Shown here piece by piece: positions 1 to 8,262 of a stretch of DNA of 43,717 bases. The notes under the pieces are model-generated. The model saw nothing but the letters and a program-made list of their open reading frames with translations, searched no databases and was not told where the DNA came from. A program made the position numbers and the translations under genes. Origin of the DNA: Candidatus Krumholzibacteriia bacterium (lineage in GTDB: Bacteria > Krumholzibacteriota > Krumholzibacteriia > LZORAL124-64-63); contig JAWOID010000009.1 in assembly GCA_046484865.1 (NCBI GenBank), positions 1 to 43,717 on the forward strand, written 5' to 3'. Positions within the stretch are counted from its first letter, which is position 1, and the number at the start of each line of letters is the position of its first letter.

Positions 1-1154
1 GCGCCGATCGCCCGTGCCGTCGTGGCGAGTGTCGCGAGGCGATGCTCGAGCTGGCCCACGCTGGCGGACGCGCCGCCGCCGCCGTTGATGATCACCGGGA
101 TGTTGTCCAGCGTCTCGACGTTGTTGATGCAGGGGGGGCAGCCGTCGATCCCCTTCTCGATGGGGTAGGGCGGCCGCTGCCGGGGCTCGCCCGCGTGGCT
201 CTCGATGGAGCGGATCAGGGCCGTCTCCTCGCCGCAGACGAAGGCGCCGGCACCCTTGACGATCTCCAGGTCGAAGTCGAACCCCGTGTCGAGGATGTTC
301 CGCCCCAGCAGGCCGAGTTCGCGCGCCTGGCGCAGAGCGATCAGGGTGTGCTTGATCGCGAGCGGGTACTCGCCGCGCACGTAGAGGATGCCCCGGTCCG
401 CGCCGATCGCGAACCCGGCGATCAGCATCCCCTCGATGATGGAGTGGGGGTTGCCCTCGAGCAGGCTGCGATCCATGTAGGCGCCCGGGTCGCCCTCGTC
501 GGCGTTGCAGACGACGTACTTGCGCCCGCCGCCGCCCTGCGAGGCGCGCGCCAGGGCCCACTTGCGGCCGGTCGGGAAACCCGCGCCGCCGCGGCCGCGG
601 ATGCCGGCGGCCTGCACCTCGGCGATGACCCAGTCGGGATCGCGCCGCGAGAGGACCTGCTCGAGCGCCGCGTAGCCGCCCTGCTCGATGTAGTCGAAGA
701 TGCGGATCGGGTCGAGCTTCTGGTTGCTGCCCAGCAGCGTGCGCTTCTGCTTGCCGAAGAACGGGATGTCCTGCTGGGTGGCGCAGGCGCGGCCGTCGCG
801 CGGGTCGCGGTACAGCAACTCCTCGACCGGGGTGCCGGCGAGCGCGGCATCGACGATCCGCGGCACGTCCGCCATCTTCACCTTGGGGTACAGATGCTGC
901 CCGGGTTCGACGATGAGGTACGGCTCCAGCGCGCAGAATCCCTGGCAGCCGGTGATCCGGAGCCTGAGCTGGCCCTGCAGACCGCGATCCAGGATCTGGC
1001 GCTTGACGATACGGATGACGTCGTTGGCGCCGCTGGCCTGGCCACAGGTGCCGGCGCCCAGAAGGAGCGTGGGCTGGGCGCTCTGGATCTCGACTTCGCG
1101 CAGGATCCGATCGCGGAATTCCTCCAGCTCACCGATCGTGGCTAGCTTTCGCAT
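1..1154 (-). CDS. NuoF/HydB/HoxF-family NADH-binding flavoprotein subunit, 3'-truncated at window start
   Basis: Absent from the ORF track because it runs off the edge. Manual translation from ATG at 1154 gives MRKLATIGELEEFRDRIL..., with motifs GIRGRGGAGFPTGRKW, YVVCNADEGDPGAYMDRSLLEGNPH, YVRGEYP, GAGAFVCGEETAL and NNVET. An N-terminal thioredoxin-like 2Fe-2S region is present (GCQGFC). Confidence 0.93.
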   Translation of the reverse strand, partial: MRKLATIGELEEFRDRILREVEIQSAQPTLLLGAGTCGQASGANDVIRIVKRQILDRGLQGQLRLRITGCQGFCALEPYLIVEPGQHLYPKVKMADVPRIVDAALAGTPVEELLYRDPRDGRACATQQDIPFFGKQKRTLLGSNQKLDPIRIFDYIEQGGYAALEQVLSRRDPDWVIAEVQAAGIRGRGGAGFPTGRKWALARASQGGGGRKYVVCNADEGDPGAYMDRSLLEGNPHSIIEGMLIAGFAIGADRGILYVRGEYPLAIKHTLIALRQARELGLLGRNILDTGFDFDLEIVKGAGAFVCGEETALIRSIESHAGEPRQRPPYPIEKGIDGCPPCINNVETLDNIPVIINGGGGASASVGQLEHRLATLATTARAIG

Positions 1155-1193
1155 CGAGAGATCACTCCTGGCTTCGGGAGAGCGCGCGCGGCG

Positions 1194-2045
1194 TCAAGGT
1201 ATCGTGGTACCGCCCAGGTCCAGGATGTGGCCGAGGCAACCGCGGCGGCTGCAGATCTGCACGGTGCCGCCGCCGCGGACGATCATCGGCACCATGGGAG
1301 CGCCGCAATCTCCGCACGCGCCACCGCCGAGCATCTCGCCGTGGCAGTGGGGACAGAAGAGCTGGACGACGGTGCCGGGCGGGATCTCGTACTCGCTCGA
1401 CACCTTGTAGCTGCCGTAGAGGCTGGAGAGGGCGAGCCAGCCGTGACGGTCCTCGAAGGCCGCCGTCACCCGGATGGCCGGGCAGCCGTCGATGAGCCGC
1501 CGCGAGTCCATCAGGCTGTGATTGCAGCGGCCGCAGCTCACCTCGACGGGGAAGATCCGCTCGTCCGTCTCGACGTCGACGCGGTCCAGTCCGGCGTTCG
1601 CCGCGGCCAGCAGCCCCGCCACCTGCGAGGTCCGCACCTGGGAGAAGTAGTGGCCGTCGATGAGCACGACCGGTCCCAGCGCGCAGGCGCCGAGGCAGTT
1701 GACGGTCTCGAGCGTGAACTCGCCGTCGGCGGTCATGTCGCCGGGCGCGACCTCGAGCTGGCGCTGCAGTTCCTCGGCGATCCGCGGCCCGCCCTGCACG
1801 TGGCAGGCGGTGCCCAGGCAGCAGGAGACGAGGTGCTTGCCGCGCGGCTTGAGGCTGAAGGAGTGGTAGAACGTGGCGACGCCATAGACGTCCACCAGCG
1901 GCTTGCCCGTCTGCTCGGCGACGAGGCGGAGCGCCTCCTCCGGCAGATAGCCGTACCGGCCCTGGATCTCCTCGAGAATCGCGATCAGATTCCCGTGCTG
2001 CTCATCGTGCTTCCCCACGATGCCCGTGACCTGGTCATGATCCAT
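1194..2045 (-). CDS. NuoE/HydC-family 2Fe-2S subunit with a C-terminal Cys-rich extension
   Basis: Motifs LIAILEEIQGRYGYLP, VYGVATFYHSF, CLGTACH and CLGACALGP. The extra ~115 aa carry CGRC, CPHC, CGDC and CSRRGC. Start is ATG 2045 (track start 2054). Confidence 0.9.
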   Translation of the reverse strand: MDHDQVTGIVGKHDEQHGNLIAILEEIQGRYGYLPEEALRLVAEQTGKPLVDVYGVATFYHSFSLKPRGKHLVSCCLGTACHVQGGPRIAEELQRQLEVAPGDMTADGEFTLETVNCLGACALGPVVLIDGHYFSQVRTSQVAGLLAAANAGLDRVDVETDERIFPVEVSCGRCNHSLMDSRRLIDGCPAIRVTAAFEDRHGWLALSSLYGSYKVSSEYEIPPGTVVQLFCPHCHGEMLGGGACGDCGAPMVPMIVRGGGTVQICSRRGCLGHILDLGGTTIP

Positions 2046-2172
2046 GTGAATCACCTCGAGTGTCCGTCCGGGTTGCGGGGCTCACGCCCTCGGTACCGTA
2101 CCACCGGCTCACCGCCGGCGTCCACCGGAGAATGGAGGCGCGCGTGGCCGCCGGCGACCGGACCGCCGCCGC

Positions 2173-5100
2173 TCATTTCCCATTGCGCAGCGCCAGCTTG
2201 CGGGCACCCGTGCTGCCGGACCCGATCTGCGCCGCGTAGCCCGTTTCGCGGGCGACCTCCTCGTCGGTGACCAGGTGCACGTCCAGCAGCCGCGGCACCC
2301 GCACGCCGGTCTGCAGGTAGTTCATCTCGCCCAGACACAGGCTCCACCCCTCGAGCCAGCTCTCCAGGTCCCGTTTCTGCGCATCGCTGCCGCGGAAGTG
2401 CACCAGCAGGTCGATGTCGCTGTCCGGCCGCGCCGTCGCGTTGCGCGCACTGCCGAAGACGTACACGGCGGCCACGCCGAACCGTTCCCCGTCGAGGCGA
2501 CTGGCCACCAGCTCGGCCATGTGCAGCCGCCAGGCCCAGTAGCCCTCGAGGGGGCGCGGCGAGGCGACCTCTTCCAGGCGCGGCGGCTCGACCGGCTGCC
2601 GTCGGTCCCGCAGCACTCCAACGGCCCGGTCGAGGTCGGCATTGAGCAGCACCCGCAGGACCCGTCCCTCCGCCGCGGCGGGAACGTCGATCACCCGCAA
2701 GATGTCGGCGAGGTGTTCGTACTCCGGCAGCAGCGACTTGAGCAGGTTGGGCGCCTCCTCGAAGAACCGGTCCGCGAAGACGACGCCGGCATCGTCGGGG
2801 TAGAGCGGCAGGTAGCGGATGCGCGACTCCACCAGGTCCTGGAAGAAGTGGGTTCCGAACGAGAGGTCGGGCAGGTAGCCGTCCCGCTGCTTGGCGATCT
2901 CCACGAGCATGGCCGTGTTGTTGATGTCGGCGTAGGTCACGTTGACGCCGAGCGTGCAGTCGCCGCGGCTGCCCCAGCGTCCCGGCCCCATGAGGATGAA
3001 CTGCCGCTTGGGCAGGAGCTTGTTGAGGCGCCCGACGGCACGACCGACGGCGATCATCTCCGCCTCGCTCATCAGCTGGCCATAGCGGGCCGGATCGACG
3101 TAGACGACGTGCGTGATGTCCGGCAGCGAACCGTTCGAGACGTGGCGATTGGCGGTGAAGAGGATGTCCTGACGCGGCAGGTCCTTCGGGATCGGCGCTG
3201 GCCGCCCCTCCTCTCCGCTGCTCTGGGGCCGGCACTGCAACAGGTAGAAGTCGCGACCGTCGTGCGCGAACTCCAGGTCGATCGGCGAGTGCAGGTTCTC
3301 CTTCAGGATCCTCAGCATGCGGCGGAGGTCGCTGACGAACGTGGTGGTGCCGAACAGCCCCTGGAAGGTGGGCAACAGCTCGTCCTCGTCGGGGTCGAAC
3401 AGCAGGGGGACGACCGGCGCCAGCATCCCGTCGCGCACGGTCGAGAACACCTTCTCGAAGGCGGGGAAGTCGCGGCCGCACTCGCCGAGCAGGTCGGCCA
3501 CCGCGACGGTCTCGAACCGGTTGCTCTCGAGATTGATGACGTCCATCCAGCGCGGGGAGTAGCGGATGATCTCCTCCAGCTCGGCCCCGGCTCTCAGGTC
3601 GGGCTGCCCGGGAACCATCAGCACGGGATAATCGTCTCCCACCCGGTCGACGGCGCGGGTGCCGAGACCGGGCACCATGCGGACCAGCCCGTCCTCGCGC
3701 CGGATCCGCGGCGACCAGCGGAACTCGTTGTTGCTGAAGACCACTCCCGCGAACGCCGGGAACCAGTACTTGCCGATCTGCCGGCCGACGACCTCCTGGA
3801 TCAGGATGCCCATCTCCTCGTTGAAATCCAGCAGGTCGTTCGCGCGGCGGTACTCGATCGGATCGGGGCCGACCGTGGAGGCGTAGACCTCGCAGATGGC
3901 GTCGAGGAGCGCCACGAGCCGTTCCTGCTTGTCGCCCTGGTTCGCCAGGAAGATGCTCCGGTACTTGCCGGAGAAGGCGGTGCCGAGCCGGTCCTCGAGC
4001 AGGCTCGAACTGCGGACGATCAGCGGCACCTGGCCGAGATTGTCGAGTGCCAGCGAGATGCCGCGCACCAGTTCCGGCGGCAGCGGCGAATGCTTGAAGA
4101 GCTGCAGGATGTTCGGATATTCCTGCCGCACCTGGTCGATCTCCTTGTACTTCTGCTCGATCACCTCCTCGAGGTCGTTGTAGCCGACGAAGTGGACGAT
4201 GCCGTCGGAAACGACGTAGTAGGTCTGCGGCACCTTGACCTTGCAGGCGGGCCGCTCGTCGGCCGGGGCGTGCTCGAGGATGCGGTGGGCGAGAAACAGG
4301 CCGGCCCCCTTGCCGCCGAGCTTGCCGTGGCTCTCGGCCGGCAAAACCATCCGTTCGATCATGGCCTGGAAATCGAAGGTCGACACGTGGTCCTTGGCGA
4401 TCCGGATGAAATCGAGCTGCTCGGTCAGGAACCGCCGCACGAGCGACACCCGCAGGCTGTCCATGGTCGACCGCGGCAGCTCCGCACCGTCGCCCACGAG
4501 GGCGTGATAGCGCTGGATGGCCTCGGCGATCTCGTTCAGGGACGAGCGCGGGTTCTCCAGGATCTTGATGAACGCGCCGGCCTTGTCCGCCTGCAGCCAG
4601 CTCTGCACGCTCGAGAGGATCTCAGACTCGCTGAGGAAGAGCGCGGCCAGCTCGAAGGGCCGGTCGCTGAGCAGTTCCTCCAGCTCCAGCCGTTGCCGCT
4701 TGCCGGCCACGTTCTTCTCGCCGGTGGCGATCTCGCCGGCGGTCTCGATGGCATCGCTCCGGCTCAGGAGCGACTGCGCCTCGGCCACCCCCAGGCGGCA
4801 GAGCCGGTTGAGCAGCTTGCGCGAGATCCTGAGGTAAAGACCCCGGTCGCATTCGCGCAGGAAATGGACCGGCCCGCGCCACCGCTCCCGGCCGCCGGCG
4901 GAGTCGCCGGCGCCGAGCAGCAGGTTCTCCTGCAGGCCCTTCATCTTCTGATGCAGGAGGTGAGCGCCGAGACGCTCGGCCAGGCTGTTCAGCAGGCGCA
5001 GTTCTTCGGTCAGGAAGGGTCCGCTGTCGGCGGGCGGGTACTCTTCGAGGTAGCCCACGCTCAGCGAGCCGACGACCTCGTCCAGGAGCTTGATCTCCCG

Positions 5101-5352
5101 CGAGATCATCCACGGCGTGGGTGCGAAAGCGTCGGTCGCGTATCGCTGGCCGTCGTACTCCAGGACGGCGCCGCACGACTCCGGATGCTGCCAGCCGGTG
5201 ACGACCAGCTCGACGAACTCCTGCAGGATCTGCTCCGGGGGCGAGCCCCGGCTCATCAGCAGTTCCTCCACCCTGTAGAGACAGCTCAGCTCGCGGGAGC
5301 GCTCGTGCAGCGTATCCAGGATCTGCTTGAGGTCGCGCTGGGACTTCGGCAT
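2173..5352 (-). CDS. PEP/pyruvate-binding (PPDK_N, ATP-grasp) domain protein with N-terminal GAF-like region and C-terminal nucleotidyltransferase domain
   Basis: PPDK_N motifs GKLGGKGAGL, PLIVRSSSLLED...AFSGKY, EEMGILIQEVVG, GLGTRAVD and DLEFA...LLQCRPQ, plus GPGRWGS and SFGTHFFQDLVE. C-terminal FGSARNATARPDSDIDL is an NTase GS-x10-DxD motif. Start is ATG 5352 (MPKSQRD). Confidence 0.88.
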   Translation of the reverse strand: MPKSQRDLKQILDTLHERSRELSCLYRVEELLMSRGSPPEQILQEFVELVVTGWQHPESCGAVLEYDGQRYATDAFAPTPWMISREIKLLDEVVGSLSVGYLEEYPPADSGPFLTEELRLLNSLAERLGAHLLHQKMKGLQENLLLGAGDSAGGRERWRGPVHFLRECDRGLYLRISRKLLNRLCRLGVAEAQSLLSRSDAIETAGEIATGEKNVAGKRQRLELEELLSDRPFELAALFLSESEILSSVQSWLQADKAGAFIKILENPRSSLNEIAEAIQRYHALVGDGAELPRSTMDSLRVSLVRRFLTEQLDFIRIAKDHVSTFDFQAMIERMVLPAESHGKLGGKGAGLFLAHRILEHAPADERPACKVKVPQTYYVVSDGIVHFVGYNDLEEVIEQKYKEIDQVRQEYPNILQLFKHSPLPPELVRGISLALDNLGQVPLIVRSSSLLEDRLGTAFSGKYRSIFLANQGDKQERLVALLDAICEVYASTVGPDPIEYRRANDLLDFNEEMGILIQEVVGRQIGKYWFPAFAGVVFSNNEFRWSPRIRREDGLVRMVPGLGTRAVDRVGDDYPVLMVPGQPDLRAGAELEEIIRYSPRWMDVINLESNRFETVAVADLLGECGRDFPAFEKVFSTVRDGMLAPVVPLLFDPDEDELLPTFQGLFGTTTFVSDLRRMLRILKENLHSPIDLEFAHDGRDFYLLQCRPQSSGEEGRPAPIPKDLPRQDILFTANRHVSNGSLPDITHVVYVDPARYGQLMSEAEMIAVGRAVGRLNKLLPKRQFILMGPGRWGSRGDCTLGVNVTYADINNTAMLVEIAKQRDGYLPDLSFGTHFFQDLVESRIRYLPLYPDDAGVVFADRFFEEAPNLLKSLLPEYEHLADILRVIDVPAAAEGRVLRVLLNADLDRAVGVLRDRRQPVEPPRLEEVASPRPLEGYWAWRLHMAELVASRLDGERFGVAAVYVFGSARNATARPDSDIDLLVHFRGSDAQKRDLESWLEGWSLCLGEMNYLQTGVRVPRLLDVHLVTDEEVARETGYAAQIGSGSTGARKLALRNGK

Positions 5353-5487
5353 CGAGGGTCGACCTCCCGTGGCGTCCGCCGACCACCGCCGCACCGCAGA
5401 ACGGCGGGTGGGTTCATCTGCGCATCCTACACCCGCGCCGGTGCGATCCACAATCGGCCGGTTCCGCCGAGTCGCCGGCGATAATGC

Positions 5488-5515
5488 GAGAGCCCGGTCC
5501 GGGGACCGGGCTCTC
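5488..5515. terminator. GC-rich hairpin, probable intrinsic terminator of the 5569-6282 gene
   Basis: GAGAGCCCGGTCC-GG-GGACCGGGCTCTC is a perfect inverted repeat about 55 nt downstream of the stop. Confidence 0.6.
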
Positions 5516-5536
5516 TTCGTCATAGGACGGCTGGAA

Positions 5537-5576
5537 TCAGCCGCTCAGTCGCTCAGTCGCTCAGCCGCTCAGTCGT
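5537..5576. repeat. 5 x 8-nt tandem repeat TCAG(C/T)CG(C/T) overlapping the stop codon of the 5569-6282 gene
   Basis: Sequence reads tcagccgc tcagtcgc tcagtcgc tcagccgc tcagtcgt. Confidence 0.9.
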
Positions 5577-6282
5577 TGTACAGCGACTTGACGGACGACC
5601 AGGTGGCATCGACCGCCGACACCACGCAGCCGTCGATCGTCAGCGTGACCGAGGTGAAGTCCCAGGCCGCGCCCAGGGTCCGGGTCGCGGCGCAGTCCGG
5701 ATCCAGCAGATCCGGGTAGTCGGCCGGGATGACCTCGCCGATCTCCGTCGTGGCGATGCGCGTGCCGTTGCCGATGTAGAAGGCCATGCAGAGCTCCGGG
5801 TAACCATCGAAGAAGGCGTTCGCCTGCACGTTGGTCACCGCCGCGATCGGCACCCATTCCGAATAGGTGATGGTCTCGAACTCGTTGTAGCTGTTGATGG
5901 TGCCCGTGTACTCGGGATCGCCGTTCCCCCAGGGGCCGTCGCCGCTCAGCCAGATGTAGCCGCCCACGAAGGTCTTCATGTAGGTCGCGTTGCCGTTGCC
6001 GGCCGAGTTGACCGTGCTGGTGAGGAGAACCGAGCTGGTCTCGGTGCCGCACCAGTACCGCCACTGGCTGCCGAGCACCATGCCGTCCCAGGACGCGGCG
6101 TTGAGCGTCGTGCCGGCATCGAGAGCGCTGCCGCTCGCGTCCCAGCCCTCGGTGTAGCGGCCGATGAAGGCGGGACCCCCCATGTCCGTCGAGTCGTAGG
6201 AGCCGTTCAGCGGCGGACCCGCCAGGGCGCCGGTGGCCATCATCAGAGCGAGCAGCGAGACCGCGATAGTGAAGCGTTTCAT
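5569..6282 (-). CDS. Secreted hypothetical protein with C-terminal TWSSVKSLY motif
   Basis: GGAGG RBS precedes ATG 6282. Sec signal MKRFTIAVSLLALMMATGALA; protein ends ...SAVDATWSSVKSLYND. Confidence 0.85.
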   Translation of the reverse strand: MKRFTIAVSLLALMMATGALAGPPLNGSYDSTDMGGPAFIGRYTEGWDASGSALDAGTTLNAASWDGMVLGSQWRYWCGTETSSVLLTSTVNSAGNGNATYMKTFVGGYIWLSGDGPWGNGDPEYTGTINSYNEFETITYSEWVPIAAVTNVQANAFFDGYPELCMAFYIGNGTRIATTEIGEVIPADYPDLLDPDCAATRTLGAAWDFTSVTLTIDGCVVSAVDATWSSVKSLYND

Positions 6283-6507
6283 CTTCCGACCTCCCCGGAT
6301 CACGTTGTGTTCGCGGTGCCGAACCTATCGGCGACGCGAAGAATCGACATGCTACACAAGATCACGAGCGAGCACAATATGTTTGTTTAGATATAATTAT
6401 ATAGTACAATATCAGTCTTTATTTTTGGTTCCGGTTTCCATCGGGGGCGGGAACCGTGCTGGCACGAGACCGACCGCTTCGCCACTGCCGTCGGCAGAAA
6501 CCGATGT

Positions 6508-6537
6508 TTGACACTAAGCGCATGAATCTGATACGGT
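6508..6537 (+). promoter_or_regulatory. Putative sigma70 promoter of the sulfotransferase operon
   Basis: TTGACA (6508-6513), an 18-nt spacer, then TG-n-TACGGT, about 30 nt upstream of the 6569 start. Confidence 0.35.
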
Positions 6538-6568
6538 TGCCGCGAGGTGCCCAGGACATGGACGAGAC

Positions 6569-7972
6569 GTGGAAGCCCTAGAGAAGTCCCACCGGCAGAA
6601 CCGGGATCCGCACGCCTCGGAGCCGCGGCGTCGCGGTGCGTTTGCGATTTCCGCCGCCTCCGGCGTCCTGCTGCTGATGGGCATCTCCTACCTGTGGGGG
6701 GTGTTTTCTCAGCGGAACGACGTCTTCCCGTACGGATTGCTCGTGCAGGCGGAGAAGGGTTTCCAGGCGTTGACCGCCGGGGACGAGCTTCACAACATGT
6801 ACAGGCGCGTCGACGACGACATCGACATCGTGACGCTGCACGGCGATCCCGCCCCCGGGCTCAACCTGGTGACCCGGGTGGCCGCAGACGACAGGTTCGC
6901 GGTCACGCTCATGGACCTCGACGGCAAGACCTTGCACGAGTGGTCCATCGACTGGTTCGAGATCGGGCTGCACGGAGATCACATCCCCGACTACCGCGTT
7001 CCGCAGGCCCATCCGGGATCGTTCGTCAGCGGAAGCATCATGCTCGCCGGCGGCGACATCGTGTTCAACTTCGATTACCTCGGTCTGGTGCGCCTGGGAC
7101 CTGCCGGCGAGATCAGGTGGCGGTTGCCCTACCAGACCCATCACTCGATCCACGAGCACGACGACGGGAACCTCTGGGTGTGCGGCCGGCGGCTCTCCCG
7201 CGTTCGCGACGAGAGGTATCCCGACTTCGGCGCGCCTTACCGGATCGACACGATTCTCGAGGTATCTCCCGAGGGCGAGATCCTGGCGGAATGGGAGGTC
7301 CGCGAGATCCTCGCGAGCAACGGCTACGCCGGATTGCTGACGATGGACAGCCGCAGGGAGGCGGACCCGCTGCACCTCAACGACGTGGAGCCGTTCCCCG
7401 CCACGATGGAGGAAGATTTCTTCGAGCATGGCGATGTGCTGGTGTCGCTGCGCAACGTCTGCACGGTGTTCGTGTTCAGCCGCCACACGGGCGACATCAA
7501 GTTCATCTGCACGGGGTGGTTCGCGGCTCAGCACGATCCCGACTTCATCGACGGCAATACCTTCTCCGTCTTCGACAACAACATGGTCACCAGCGGGAAT
7601 CCATGGACGGAGGTGGGGCAGAGCCGCATCGTCGAGGTCTCGGCGCGAGACCGGACGCGACGGGTCGTCTACGAGGGCCGGCCGGACGCTCCCTTCTACT
7701 CGTCGATCATCGGACGGCACCAGTGGCTCGAGAACGGGAATCTCCTCGTCACGGAATCGGTCCCCGGGCGCGCGTTCGAGGTCGATGCGGCGGGCGGCCT
7801 GGTCTGGGAATACCGTAACTACCTGGGTTCGGGTCTGGTCGGTGTCCTGGCGAAGGTCCAGCGGATACCAGCGTCGAGTTCCAGTCCGTTCGTGAGCGGC
7901 GCCGTCGGGGTCGCGGCGCGGCCGGACGGAAGCGGCGAATCCGGCGCCGAGGATGGCCCGACGATCCACTAG
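6569..7972 (+). CDS. Arylsulfotransferase (ASST, PAPS-independent) family protein, membrane anchored
   Basis: N-terminal TM segment followed by ASST-type motifs THHSI, DPLHLNDVE, LVSLRN, QHDPDF, FDNN, LENGNLLVTES and GGLVWEY. Confidence 0.85.
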   Translation: MEALEKSHRQNRDPHASEPRRRGAFAISAASGVLLLMGISYLWGVFSQRNDVFPYGLLVQAEKGFQALTAGDELHNMYRRVDDDIDIVTLHGDPAPGLNLVTRVAADDRFAVTLMDLDGKTLHEWSIDWFEIGLHGDHIPDYRVPQAHPGSFVSGSIMLAGGDIVFNFDYLGLVRLGPAGEIRWRLPYQTHHSIHEHDDGNLWVCGRRLSRVRDERYPDFGAPYRIDTILEVSPEGEILAEWEVREILASNGYAGLLTMDSRREADPLHLNDVEPFPATMEEDFFEHGDVLVSLRNVCTVFVFSRHTGDIKFICTGWFAAQHDPDFIDGNTFSVFDNNMVTSGNPWTEVGQSRIVEVSARDRTRRVVYEGRPDAPFYSSIIGRHQWLENGNLLVTESVPGRAFEVDAAGGLVWEYRNYLGSGLVGVLAKVQRIPASSSSPFVSGAVGVAARPDGSGESGAEDGPTIH

Positions 7973-8025
7973 CCGGCCCTCGCGGCGCCAAGGCCAGCCA
8001 TGCCATGCGAAGGGGAGATCACGAG

Positions 8026-8262
8026 ATGAGATGTGCAGCGCTCCTGCGCGCGACCGTCGCGGCGACGCTCTCGATCGGCCTGACGTGCGGCGAGGCGCTG
8101 GCGTACACCGGGCCCGGCGCCGGACTCACGGCCATCGGTGCGTTCCTGGCGCTGGTCGCGGGCCTCCTGCTCGCCATCGTCGGCTTCCTCTGGTACCCGC
8201 TCAAGAAGCTCCTGCGCAGGATGAGGGCGCGAAGGCTCCGTCGAGACGAGGGGCTCGAGTGA
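8026..8262 (+). CDS. Small membrane protein (signal peptide, YTGPGAG, TM helix, basic tail)
   Basis: 78 aa: MRCAALL...GEALA|YTGPGAGLTAIGAFLALVAGLLLAIVGFLWYPLKKLLRR. GGGAG RBS upstream; stop overlaps the next start (GTGA). Confidence 0.8.
   Translation: MRCAALLRATVAATLSIGLTCGEALAYTGPGAGLTAIGAFLALVAGLLLAIVGFLWYPLKKLLRRMRARRLRRDEGLE

Noticed and set aside
42..1145. 367-aa plus-strand ORF
   Set aside because: Antisense shadow of the NuoF-like gene, which the track misses because it is truncated.
1..2045. Respiratory complex I nuo operon
   Set aside because: No other nuo genes lie upstream, and the domain extensions fit soluble diaphorase or bifurcating modules.
2275..5484. 1069-aa plus-strand ORF and similar long antisense ORFs (23118-25352, 28034-30763, 38225-40117)
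   Set aside because: Mirror-frame shadows of real genes in high-GC DNA, with no recognizable motifs.
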